From an uncultured Methanosarcinaceae archaeon (GTDB taxonomy: Archaea; Halobacteriota; Methanosarcinia; Methanosarcinales; Methanosarcinaceae), in NCBI GenBank assembly GCA_963733675.1, contig CAVTET010000001.1, forward strand, positions 512,001 through 576,000: a DNA stretch of 64,000 bases. Reading direction: 5' to 3'. The position numbers and the translations under genes are program-made. Positions 27,934-38,885 of the stretch are shown piece by piece (position 1 is the stretch's first letter; each line of letters opens with the position of its first letter). Under the pieces are notes generated by a model that was not told the DNA's origin, did no database searches, and worked only from the letters and a program-made list of their open reading frames with translations.

Positions 27934-29295
27934 ATGCATATAAACCCTTATGAAATTATGGAAACAATCCGGATGGTCAGAATGGAACACCTGGATATAA
28001 GGACAGTAACACTGGGAATCAGCCTCAGAGACTGTAGCCATCCTAATATAGAAACTTTCAATGAGAATATCTATGATAAAATAACTGCCCATGCAAAAAG
28101 GCTTGTCAGCACAACGAATGAAATTCAGAGTTTCTATGGAATTCCTATAATCAACAAAAGAATTTCTGTAACTCCAATAGCCATAGTGGCTGAAAGTTGT
28201 AAAGATCCGGATTTTGTTTCCGTTGCAAAAACGATGGATGAAGCTGCAAAAGATACAGGTGTCGATTTTATTGGAGGATTTAGTGCCCTTGTCCACAAAG
28301 GCACAACTCCGGGAGACCTGAAACTCATTAATTCTATTCCCGAATCCCTCGCAAGTACTGAAACAGTTTGCTCGTCAGTAAATGTTGCTACCACAAGAGC
28401 CGGGATTAATATGGATGCTATTGGCTTGATGGGAAATGTCATCAAAAAAACTGCAGAACTGACTGCTGATAGAGATGGAATTGGCTGTGCCAAACTTGTG
28501 ATCTTTGCCAATGCCCCGGAAGATAATCCCTTCATGGCCGGAGCCTTTCACGGAATTGGTGAACCTGAGTGCGTGATCAATGTGGGTGTAAGCGGACCAG
28601 GTGTTATAAATGCTGCCATTCGGGAACTTGGAACCCCGAATCTCACGGAAATTTCAGAGACTATCAAAAAGACAACCTTTAAAATAACTCGTATGGGAGA
28701 AATGATAGGAAAGGAAGTTTCTCGTAGGCTCGGAATTGAGTTCGGAATCCTTGATTTATCTCTAGCTCCGACTCCTGCAATAGGGGACAGCGTTGCTGCC
28801 ATTCTGGAAGCAATGGGACTCGAACGCTGTGGGACCCATGGAACGACTGCAGCACTTGCCCTTCTGAATGATGCAGTAAAAAAAGGGGGTGCAATGGCAT
28901 CTTCCTCCGTAGGGGGTCTGAGTGGGGCTTTCATTCCTGTAAGTGAGGACGCGGGCATGATAGAAGCTGTTGAAGCTGGAGCTCTCACCCTCGAAAAACT
29001 AGAAGCCATGACAAGCGTCTGTTCAGTCGGCCTGGATATGATCGCAGTGCCTGGAGATACGCCTACATCCACCCTTTCTGCAATCATAGCTGACGAGATG
29101 GCAATAGGGGTAATTAACAGAAAAACAACTGCTGTAAGGATCATTCCAGCTCCTGGAAAAGGAGTTGGGGACTTCGTTGAATTTGGCGGGTTACTTGGAC
29201 GTGCACCTATTATGTCTGTAAGCAATTTCAGTTCGGAAATTTTTGTAAAGCGGGGGGGAAGAATCCCGGCTCCAATTCAGTCATTGACAAACTGA
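27934..29295 (+). CDS. PFL-fold family protein (UPF0210/DUF711)
   Basis: [53 protein letters not shown] motifs. Confidence 0.92.
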   Translation: MHINPYEIMETIRMVRMEHLDIRTVTLGISLRDCSHPNIETFNENIYDKITAHAKRLVSTTNEIQSFYGIPIINKRISVTPIAIVAESCKDPDFVSVAKTMDEAAKDTGVDFIGGFSALVHKGTTPGDLKLINSIPESLASTETVCSSVNVATTRAGINMDAIGLMGNVIKKTAELTADRDGIGCAKLVIFANAPEDNPFMAGAFHGIGEPECVINVGVSGPGVINAAIRELGTPNLTEISETIKKTTFKITRMGEMIGKEVSRRLGIEFGILDLSLAPTPAIGDSVAAILEAMGLERCGTHGTTAALALLNDAVKKGGAMASSSVGGLSGAFIPVSEDAGMIEAVEAGALTLEKLEAMTSVCSVGLDMIAVPGDTPTSTLSAIIADEMAIGVINRKTTAVRIIPAPGKGVGDFVEFGGLLGRAPIMSVSNFSSEIFVKRGGRIPAPIQSLTN

Positions 29296-29494
29296 AGTAT
29301 TATTTTTAAAATAAAGTAGCCATTCAGCTTGCCAATATGCAGTCCACTGAACGTAATTTAGAATCCCAGCTGACTAGTATTTTCCAATTCTAATGAAAAT
29401 GAAAAATACAATTAACAAACCACAGAGAATTCCGATTTACATCTAACTTTTTTTATCGAGAATTCTGTTCAAACCTTTCTCACTAAAGTTTATA

Positions 29495-29860
29495 TTTTAC
29501 CTTATTTTTGCTTCATTTTATCGAAGTTTATCCGCTTTTGCAGATCCAGGATTTGACTGGATAAAAGTAGCTTCCTGCATCCGTCTCTTTTTTATTTTCA
29601 AAACAAAAAAACCAAATTAACTTTGAAACTGGCCCCATATTTCCTCTTCTTTGTGGTTATCAATCATAATTTTTATAAATTAATAGACTGGGATACTGTC
29701 TGTTATGTACTCTGGAAAACCAAAAAAATCCTGAAAAAATTCGATCAATACACTGTTTCTCAAGTTCAAAGTCTGAAAGATTTTCCATTGTTGTAAAACA
29801 AGCATTTTGAACATAATAATATGTATGAGAAAATGGTTTTGTTGAAAAGTATGGGCTCAA
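29495..29860 (-). mobile_element. IS5-family transposase internal remnant, copy 3
   Basis: LSDFELEKQCIDRI and LKIKKRRMQEATFIQSNPGSAKADKLR* on the minus strand. Confidence 0.75.
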
Positions 29861-29989
29861 AAAAGGTTATAGAGTTTGTATAGAGTCTACTTTTCACCTA
29901 AAAATAAGTTTTAACAAAATAATAAAAGTCAAAAAAGTTCCTCCATTACTTGATCTCCAAAAGTTATGTATATGGGTTTCTCAAAGTTA

Positions 29990-30500
29990 CTAACTCCTAA
30001 TGTTCTGTAGCTTATCAATGATGTGATCTCTACGGTATCCATGCCTACCAAATCTAGATCTAGTTATGTGAAGAGCTATACTTATCCAGTCCAAATTTAG
30101 ATATGTTCCTTCAGATCACAAACAGAAAATTGACTGCTCCAAACATCCGAGAAAATCGTCTCCATGATGCTCCCAAAAATTTCAAACGTCCTATAAGGTA
30201 CTATTGTATGGGATTTTTAAAGATTTGAGAAGTCGCAAATTTCTTTCTGGTTAGACATTTGCCAGATTCCTTGATCCTAAAATCACTTATGGGCTTATAG
30301 CCAATAAAACCTATTAATGAGTTATTGATATCCAAATCTTTTCTTTTATGTTTGCTAAAGATCTCATAAAAATCAAGTTTTTTATAAAAAATGGAACATC
30401 AAGAGTCTATCTGATAGGAACGCATATGTCTTTTGAAGAGATTGAAGGGAACGTCTTATGCATTGCGTTTGTATCCCTTGGATCAAATAACACAAAAAAG
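29990..30500 (-). mobile_element. IS1634-family transposase remnant
   Basis: NLDWISIALH...GRHGYRRDHIIDKLQ resembles the IS1634 motif (DWTS..LHG...GYSRDHRPDK.Q); heavily broken. Confidence 0.55.
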
Positions 30501-30659
30501 AGGGTAACCACTTGACTCAATTGTAAAAATTAGGTTAAAGAGTCTTTGATGTCCTTTTTTTTCTTCTTTATAAGGTAATTTTAGTCTTTCTGATCTTTTT
30601 GCCAAAAAAATGAATATCAGTGGGGATAGTTTTATAAATTACAAGTGTCTTTGTATAGC

Positions 30660-30974
30660 TGATGAGCTAGTCCGGGTAGCCCGGCGTTACCTGTAACCCG
30701 AAATCGTCGATACGCGGGGGACGAAACCGAGAGAAGATGCGTCGAAGAAATTCCAGCCTGAAGCCTCAACTGAGAAGCTTCGTCCTGTTTGGATGGTGCA
30801 GGTATGCGGGTTTGCTGGAAAACAGATCTTCGTACCCTAACTGCGGAAATCGGTCGAGGCCCGGAAGGGAGCAGACTCACTGTGGGCAACTGTCGCTGAC
30901 GGGGGCACGGGGTGGAGAAGAGGGTCCAGTCTCCTGGGATCTCCAAGATTCAACGACTTGAGGCATGCTCATCA
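30660..30974 (+). ncRNA. ffs: Archaeal SRP (7S) RNA
   Basis: GC-rich ~315 nt with complementary ends (TGATGAGC / GCTCATCA) and the helix-8 motif AGGCCCGGAAGGGAGCA; adjacent to tRNA-Ser. Confidence 0.9.
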
Positions 30975-31110
30975 CTTAAAATTATTTACAGCTAGTTTTA
31001 ATTATATAATTAATGATGCTGCAGGAAAAATAGTTTATGAGAAATACCTCTCTGAAAAGAATTAAATATATAAAATGCGTTTAAGAAATGCATTTTTAAT
31101 TCATCTAAGT

Positions 31111-31195
31111 GACGAGATAGCCAAGCCCGGTATGGCGCGGGATTGCTAATCCCGTGATGTTTCACATCTCGGGGGTTCGAATCCCCCTCTCGTCG
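31111..31195 (+). tRNA. tRNA-Ser (GCT)
   Basis: Acceptor stem GACGAGA/TCTCGTC, anticodon loop TT-GCT-AA, long variable arm, T-arm GGGGG-TTCGAAT-CCCCC. Confidence 0.95.
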
Positions 31196-32379
31196 TTTAA
31201 TTTTTCAACATTTCTGATTTCCATACCCATCTAGCTATTAATTCTCCATTTTGTTTAGTGGCATTCCTGTGTAGATTTTGGATAAAATTTCACTTTATAT
31301 TTTTTATACAAGAATATTGTTTTTAAAAATAAAATTAATTTAACAGCACAAATTACGTTTGGAATGAAACCTCATATTTTCATCAAAAAGCACTTTGATA
31401 GTTTTCAAAAATTTTATTAAAATAATTTAGGACTTGCCAGTTTCCTAAGTATATAATCTAAAAAATATTTGAATATAGAATTTTGATTTATTTTCAACAT
31501 TTTCCTTTCTAATTTCTGACATACTTATAACTAATTTTCCTGTTATCTACATAATCTACCAAATTAAATATTACCAATTAAATTAAAATTATTTATATAA
31601 GTTTAAGTGATCCGGCTGATATTTAATATCAAAAAGTTGATTTTGTGAGCTGCAGGTGAGGAAATGCCTGCAGCCAACTAGAAGGTTTGCTCGAAAGACT
31701 AGAAAACCTTTAAATTATAACTATATTTAAATAGATTTTGTATTTTTTGCATATGTTCTTGGTTGTTTTAATTAAAACTAATTAGTAATAAAATTACGTA
31801 ATTCTTGGCTCATTGATTATAACACCTGCGCCTTTTCCAGCCAGTTAATAAATGACTTGATCTTAGCCCATCCAGTAGGTTTTTAACACTTCCTTGCGAT
31901 ATTTACACTGGCCTATCAATAAAATGTCTTTAAAGGCCCTCTGATCATTCATTTATGACTTAACCAGTTTACCCGCAGCCTTCAAGCCTAAACAAAATTT
32001 CTGTAGATTCACAGTTGAGTTTTATGTTCAATGTATTCAATTTTGATTTCTATGTGAAGTAATGTCTAAAAAACGAGATAAATATTAAATAGGATATATC
32101 CATTGTTTTAAAGAAATAAAAATTAGTGTAACAATATCGTGAGCTGACATGCCGATACGCCAGCGAAGAAGTGGTGGGGTGGCTCTCAGACTGCATTATG
32201 CTCTTACGGCAGTAACCATAATATCCTGTTGTGGGCTTGCAAGTTTATTATAATATATCATTATTTAAAAATAAGGAAATAGGTTTTTATTAAAACCTAT
32301 AAAATAATTATTAAGCAACGAGTTTTTTACAGTTTCGTTTTCAGAATGATTGTTGTTAATTTATTTCAAATATTGATGA

Positions 32380-33162
32380 TCAAAAAATATTGTATCCAAT
32401 AGTGTATCCTGGAAGGAACTGCATGTTGTATCCAATATTGTATCCACGATCATATCTGTTTATAAATCCAATCGGATATCTTTCTTCAATCGGATAACCA
32501 TCACGATATTCATTCAAATAAAGCTGTTCATCTGTTGATTCCCAATTTGGGTTCATTGTTAAGCTTACTGGTTCAGCAGCTTCTGTTTTGCTTTTTTTAT
32601 TGATGCTAATTACTGATTCAGTAGTTTCATTTTTAGGTTTTGTATTTGTGCTTATTAACTTATTAGTTTCTTTTTTGGCTTTTTTATTAATACTTGTTAC
32701 TGATTCAATAGTTCCATTTTTGGGTTTTGTATTTATGCTTAATAACTCAGTAGTTTCATTTTCATGTTTTGCATTTATGCTTACTGGTTCAATATTTTCA
32801 TTTTTGGTTGCAATTTTTGTACTTACTGTCATGGCAGTTATATACGCTGGCTTTATAAGTGTATCATTGCCATCAGGTCCCCACACATTCAATGTGATAT
32901 TATAAATTCCAGGTTTCCCAAAATTATGATGAGTCGTTAGATCTGAACCGCTATAAGTAGTGGCTCCAGTTCCTATATTTTCAAATATCCAGCGCCAAGA
33001 AGTAACATTGCCGGTGACTTCACCAGTAAATCGTGTATGTAAAGGAATCGTCCCATTTGTAACGTTAGCAGAAAAATCATGAATTTTTATATTACCTGCT
33101 GCTAAAGATACTGGCATTAAAATTAGTACCAATAAAACCATCGATGATAAATATTTTCTCAT
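32380..33162 (-). CDS. Secreted PKD-domain protein with Lys/Thr/Asn-rich tandem repeats
   Basis: Signal peptide, PKD-like segment (FSANVTNG.IPL...SWRWIF...PGIYNITLNV), then about six imperfect 14-15 aa repeats. Confidence 0.75.
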   Translation of the reverse strand: MRKYLSSMVLLVLILMPVSLAAGNIKIHDFSANVTNGTIPLHTRFTGEVTGNVTSWRWIFENIGTGATTYSGSDLTTHHNFGKPGIYNITLNVWGPDGNDTLIKPAYITAMTVSTKIATKNENIEPVSINAKHENETTELLSINTKPKNGTIESVTSINKKAKKETNKLISTNTKPKNETTESVISINKKSKTEAAEPVSLTMNPNWESTDEQLYLNEYRDGYPIEERYPIGFINRYDRGYNIGYNMQFLPGYTIGYNIF

Positions 33163-33175
33163 ATTGAATTCTCCT

Positions 33176-33289
33176 TAGGACTAACGCATTTGATATGCAA
33201 AAAACACTAGCAAGTTAATCATAAATATTACGACTTAAATAATTTGAAGTTTTAAGCATATGATTTTTCAATGAATTGCGTAAGTCCTA
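33176..33289. mobile_element. MITE-like element (114 bp) with TAGGACT(A/T)ACGCA terminal inverted repeats
   Basis: TAGGACTAACGCA (33176-33188) and TGCGTAAGTCCTA (33277-33289), 12/13 match; AT-rich non-coding interior. Confidence 0.65.
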
Positions 33290-34185
33290 TATTGTTCTGA
33301 TTGTCTTGCCCGTAGACTGTGGGCAGAGGGTTTTAGATTAACGATCCCACATATAAACTTTGTTTTTTAAATACAGAATTTAAATAAGTAGAAATCAGAA
33401 AATAGCCACTTTTAATGGTTTAATTCCAGATATCATCTCAAAATTATGAAACGTCAGAGACTAAATGAAAACCAATGAAGTATAGTGGGAAGATATGTAT
33501 TGTAACACAAAAAGCTGCATAAAGAGAGATTTGTCTTGTAGGCTTTGAAGGGCCGAAGGTATATGTTATTGATTTTAATTAACATGATTGGTCATATTGC
33601 AAAAAATAATGGTATTGATTTAAAGATCTAAATTCATTTGGATAGTATTGGTGATCCGATTGATCTTAGATGTAGAAAAGTTGATCTTGTGAACTGCGGG
33701 GTGTCGTTGCCTGCGGTCCGGTAGAGACTCGCTTTGAAGGCTTGAGAGTCTGTAGAATATAACTATATCTAATCATACATATATGTTTTGAGTATATTCT
33801 ATATATTAATTATTTAAAATAAATGATCTAGAGAATGTGTGAGATTTTAGCTAAAAATCTAAGCAAATATCCGATTGGATTTAATGTATATTATTTTGAA
33901 ATTATATAATTGTCCCCAAAATCCCGAGAACTTACCTATGTTATATAGCAGCAAACTTACGGTGTTTCCGTTTTGTCTAAACAATGACTTACTATCGGCT
34001 TACCAAAAAGACTTTGTTAGAAACCAGGAGTAATTGGCCTCTATAAAAAATGTCTCTAAACGTCTAATAATGGCTCATACTTGATTTGGCTAATGTAAAT
34101 ACCACTTGCATGTCGAAGAAAACTAAATAAACATTAAATACAAGACTTACTTATATTAATTTTTATAAATAAAAACTGTGTAAAG

Positions 34186-34606
34186 ATGGCACGCCCTTCT
34201 AAAATAACTCCAGATATGATAAAAATCGGTGAAAATGTTGCTTTAGTACTTCCGTATTCTCTTGCAGCAGAATCTTCTGGCACAACATATCAGACATTCA
34301 ACGACTGGATGACAAAAGGTAAAAATTCAATATCTGGAGAGTATTATTAGTTTTCACAATATATTGAAAAGCGGGACACTGATGCGACTAAAAAAATTCT
34401 TGCGCGCTTAAACACAGCAGCTGATGCAGGAAACTGCCAGGTTTGCATGTGAATTCTTGAACGACGGGTTCCTGATGAATTTGGAAGGCGGGTATATAGG
34501 AAAATGAATGTTGTTTCAGAGAATAAGAAATAAAAATGTGGAACTAACAGTCAAGGAAGCAGATAAAATTAGGAAACAAATTTTAGCGAAGTTTGATCGG
34601 GTTTGA
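34186..34606 (+). pseudogene. Viral terminase small subunit-like HTH protein pseudogene
   Basis: MARPSKITPD...AAESSG..YQTFNDWMTKG...GEYY*F...AADAGNCQVCM*ILERRVPDEFGRR, with TAG at 34348, TGA at 34450 and a frameshift near 34530. Confidence 0.6.
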
Positions 34607-34669
34607 GAAAGTCACGAGTCACAAATGAATTTGATTTTTTCCTCACCTGTACTGCTATTGAAGTATTCT

Positions 34670-35446
34670 TTAGAAATATTTTGTTTGCGATCTATCATTG
34701 TATCTTTTAGGTATATAGTCTCGAAGTAACCATAGACCGTACGCGAAAAATGCAATATAAAAAAGAATCGATTCTACCCATATCCCCGAATACCCATTGA
34801 AATGTGTTAGATCTATAAAGTAATCCCACAGCCAATGAATAGTGATTCCTGGAATAATAGTGTCAAGACGGATTCTCAAAGCTACCATATATAAACCAAA
34901 CATAAATGCATAAAAAGCCTGAAGTATACTTGCATTAAAGTCACCACTGACAAAACCACTTAATACATGTACAGCGCCGAAAATAATTGTTGTTATCCAC
35001 ACTGCACGCCAGATCCCGAATGATGATGAAGCTCCATGAAACAATATGCCTCGAAACAGCAACTCTTCGCAGATCCCTACCATCGAAGTATTGATGAGTA
35101 CAAACATAAGAACCCGGGTTGACGGTAGACCTGCAAATAAAACTAATAGTATATGAATGAGATGAAACAGAACAGGTAGCCACAAAAAACGTAAATTTCG
35201 TAAATTATTTAGGCCTTTCCACCTAACTTGATGCCACCATTTCAAGTAAGTAACAGCTCCGAAAAAAAAGATCATTGACTCAAGCTCTAGAAAGTTGATA
35301 GATTTTCCTGTAAATTGATGTAGTGGTCTGTGATGGACTACAAACGGTAAATCTTGTACCCTCATTATAACAATCAACCAAATTAGAAATATTATAAGTG
35401 ATGAATACCAAGGTTTTCGTAGTACATTCATCTTTGTTTTCTCCAA
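34670..35446 (-). CDS. CPBP/Abi family intramembrane glutamic endopeptidase
   Basis: EELLFRG, FGAVH and IHWLWD motifs; several transmembrane segments. The start is uncertain. Confidence 0.85.
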   Translation of the reverse strand: MEKTKMNVLRKPWYSSLIIFLIWLIVIMRVQDLPFVVHHRPLHQFTGKSINFLELESMIFFFGAVTYLKWWHQVRWKGLNNLRNLRFLWLPVLFHLIHILLVLFAGLPSTRVLMFVLINTSMVGICEELLFRGILFHGASSSFGIWRAVWITTIIFGAVHVLSGFVSGDFNASILQAFYAFMFGLYMVALRIRLDTIIPGITIHWLWDYFIDLTHFNGYSGIWVESILFYIAFFAYGLWLLRDYIPKRYNDRSQTKYF

Positions 35447-35779
35447 AAAGGAACTTAAACAGTAATATTCAGGGCTATTCAGATCTTTAGGATCTAAGTC
35501 AATTGAAAGAAGTTAGTGTTTTTTAGTTTCTCCCTTGCGTTCTATTTGTTTAGGAAAATTTCATAATTTGAGTGTGTGTACATCATTTATATTCGCTAAG
35601 GAATCTGTTAACTTTAAAAATATTACTGCAATACTCGATTCATATTGATGTACATAGTGCTTGTCAATTGGAACGCATAATTAAGTATAATAGATCTGAC
35701 AATCAAAAGTAAGTGATCTATTAAGAGTTACTGTAGACTTAATATTTATCACTATGTGGCAAGGGGATAGAATTTTCCT

Positions 35780-36004
35780 TCATGCTACAAGACGTGTTAC
35801 CAAAATCGCCACCATGGTTTTTTTTTCTTCCGACGCTTCAACCGCTTTTTGATTAATTAGGGTTTGAACTTGAACCATGTAATTATCAAACGTTTTTTTA
35901 AGGTCTTCTTTATCTTGACGTGCGTGGTCTAAATCCTTTTTCAATGTCTCATTATGGGCTTTGAGTTCATCAATTCTTGCCATTGCTTCTTGTATTTCAT
36001 TGGA
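35780..36004 (-). pseudogene. C-terminal coiled-coil fragment of a protein typical of mobile elements, truncated by the mini-IS6
   Basis: ARIDELKAHNETLKKDLDHARQDKEDLKKTFDNYMVQVQTLINQKAVEA...; the N-terminus is replaced by the MITE. Confidence 0.45.
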
Positions 36005-36154
36005 GGTTCCGTTGCAAAAAATCTGGCTTTCTTGCAAAATCAGAAAAAACCTTCACAATTAGGAAAGTTAATCATTTTCATTAGAAAGAAAATGGTACAT
36101 AAAGGTGAAAATTATAGTGTCAAAATGCAGAAATATTATTTTTGCAACGGAACC
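36005..36154. mobile_element. 150-bp non-autonomous IS6-family MITE
   Basis: Terminal inverted repeats GGTTCCGTTGCAAAAA at both ends, identical to those of the IS at 38886-39740; no transposase. Confidence 0.85.
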
Positions 36155-36512
36155 GTTTTTTACACGCAAGCAACTAAGGTAAATGGTGTATGGACAGTTG
36201 GAAATTTCACAACTCTGCGTGCACCTCTTATGACAATCCAAAACACACAATACCTCTACACACCAAAAAAAATGGGTGTTATCACAAGGCGACTCTCCAA
36301 AAAGCCATGGAGTAAAAAGAAAAATCAATGAAGTTTGGGGGTATAAAACAGGGCACACACCAAAAATAAATGTAAAAAATATGGGTGCATACACTCAAAT
36401 TGAGGTTATACCAACCGACTTACAAAACGTGTCTAATTACCAAGTGATTATTCCTGCTAGTATGCTCAACATATCCTCACAGAGCGATTCTTTGGATGTT
36501 GAGCGTGCATAA
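36155..36512 (+). pseudogene. Unknown gene fragment (possibly viral), 5'-truncated by the MITE and frameshifted
   Basis: Coding-like segments VFYTQATKVNGVWTVGNF... and INEVWGYKTGHTPKINVKN...DSLDVERA* in different frames. Confidence 0.3.
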
Positions 36513-37049
36513 GTCCACAAAGACAGTAATATTTAGACTAGCAAGCTTAGTAAATCTCATAGCTAGTAATATAATTAGGGTTTACAAGGCTGTTTATTTC
36601 CAGACTGTGTCAACGACGGTTAAGAATTCTCCATTTTCGGCAGTTCAAAAACTCCAAATCTTCAACATTTGAGAAAGGTTTGAGGATTGTATAATGCTGG
36701 AAATGGATGAATGTCTGTAGATACGAGATCTAGAGAGATTATTTCTTATTTTACAGAAAATTAAGCGAACTGCTGTAAATTACAGCATTCTAGGTTTACT
36801 GTAAAATCTACTATGTATCCAATTTTCCTTTTTGATTACAATTCTATTGCCACATTCTTATTGCCTATGATCCATTTCGGTGTCTTAATTTGATCTGGCA
36901 GCATATTTTAATTTTTCATTATTCAGTGTTTCAGTAAAATCGGTGTATATATCCCCGATTTAGATGAAAATATCCCTCCAATTGAGGATTAAACTGAATA
37001 AATGCATATATTTTCTAACAAAAAACTATCTATCTTACATTAGTTGAAT

Positions 37050-37590
37050 TTTGTTTATTTTTCTATTACTGTAAATTTCATCGCGAATTTCATTCCATTG
37101 TCCCTTTTCAAATCAAATTCCCCATCTAATTGATCTACCAGGGAGGCTACCAGCTGAAATCCAAGATTATTAAGACCTTCAATTTCAGAGTTCTCAGGAA
37201 TTTCCACACCGTTTTCTGAGACCTTCAGGATAAAACTTGTGTTCTTAATGCCATCTTTTTTGTTTTCTTCTCTATGATGTTTAATTTGAATTTTTCCCTT
37301 AGCATGCTGGAAAATGCATGTTTATGAGAGTTGGAAACGAGTTCATTAACAATCATTTCTAATGGGACTGCAGTATCTATCTCAAAGAAAAAATTCTCTT
37401 CCAGATACACATTTAAACTGAAATCGACATTCTCAAGTATGCATCTCAGAAAAATGTTCTCAACAAGTTTTTGAAGTTATGTTGAGAAACCAACTGTGTC
37501 TTCCATTTCCTTCATGCAGTTTCTCATGAATAAGAGCCATAGATATCACTCTTTGTTGGATTTCCCTGAAGGCTTCAAGGACTTCTGAGT
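37050..37590 (-). pseudogene. HisKA_2/HATPase sensor kinase C-terminal remnant
   Basis: DTAVPLEMIVNELVSNSHKHAF, and LGFQLVASLVDQLDGEF; frameshifted. Confidence 0.75.
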
Positions 37591-37669
37591 TCTTTATACC
37601 TTATCGGTCTATTAAAATATTCTTAATAGCCCTAAGCAAATACTGATTTCAAACTGCTGTTAACCTTTA

Positions 37670-38885
37670 TTATGTAAGTTTTACCTGGTTGATTGGTAAA
37701 GTGAAATAAAAAGTTGAACCTTTGCCTAATTCAGATTCAACCAATATACGGCCACCAGCTCTCTCTACAATTTTCTTACAAATTGCAAGCCCTATTCCTG
37801 TTCCGGGATATTTTCCCCTGGTATGTAATCTTTTAAAAACTTCAAATATTTTTTCTGAATATTGCGGATTAATTCCGATTCCTTTGTACTGCACTGAAAA
37901 TATCCATTCACTCGCTTTTTTCTCTGCAGCTATGTGAATTTTTGGTGTCTCTTCACCATGAAATTTTATTCCGTTGAGTATCATATTCTGAAATACCTGA
38001 ATTAACTGGGTAGAATCTGCCATTACTTCAGGTAAAGGGTCATGAGATATAGTAGCATTATTTTCTTTAATAACCATTTTTGAATTGGATAATACCTTCT
38101 TCAAAATGAACTCACAATCCGTAGTTCCAAATTCTCTAGTACTTCTAGTCACTCGGGAGTAGTCTAAAAGATCATTTATTAGATTTTGCATACTAGAAAC
38201 CCCGTCAACAGCAAAGTGTATGTATTTATCAGCCTTGTCATCGATATTGCCCTGGGCTTTTCGTTGTAAAAGCTGCAAATAGCTTGTAATCATCCTTAGT
38301 GGGTTCTTGTAAATCGTGAGAAGAAACGTAAGCAAATTGCTCTAATTATTCATTTGAGCGAGCAAGTTCTTCTGATTTAGACCTTAAAGCTTCTTTTGCT
38401 TTTTTACGTTCTGATATCCATGGACATACCGCATATAGCATAGGGTTTACCCTACAAGTCATAGAGTGGGAATTTGTTGGCAAGGAAGATATGCTGTCCA
38501 TCAACCAGATCTGCAACTTCCTCCATTTGTTCGGGTACACCAATTTCCAGGATTATAAGGTAATGTATTTGAGAATAATTAGCCAAGTCTGGAGAAAATA
38601 TATCCGAGTCAGTTTCTCCCTTATTTCATCGCATGTAATCCCATGAAGTTCTTCTAATTTTTTGTTAATGAGAGTGAAACGCCCCGTCAGATCTTTGATG
38701 AAAATGAGTCCTCGTGAACCAGTGAGGATTGCTTGAAGCTGATTTTCACTTCCCTTCAACAAATTAAAAGTCTCTTCAAGTTCTTCTGTGCGTTCTTTGA
38801 CTAAATTTTCTAAATTGTCGAGTGTTTGTTTTAACTTCGTTTCTGCTCGTTTTCGGTCTGCGATATCCAAGGTTATAGCAAGGCC
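37670..38885 (-). pseudogene. PAS/HisKA/HATPase sensor histidine kinase pseudogene, truncated at the IS6
   Basis: PAS-like segment, ELARSNE*, PLRMITSYLQLL, QVFQNMILNGIKF, GTGIGLAICKKIVE; stops and frameshifts; the 5' end abuts the IS6 left IR. Confidence 0.8.

Noticed and set aside
30632-30961. ORFs on both strands at 30.6-31.0 kb
   Set aside because: They overlap the SRP RNA; GC richness explains the open frames.
31880-31915. Minus-strand ASVNIARKC*, resembling a TnpB C-terminus
   Set aside because: Too short; no other TnpB motif could be recovered.
34348-34350. In-frame TAG in the terminase-like gene (also the TAG at 55989-55991) as pyrrolysine candidates
   Set aside because: The same genes carry further lesions (TGA, frameshift, lost start), so ordinary decay is the simpler explanation.
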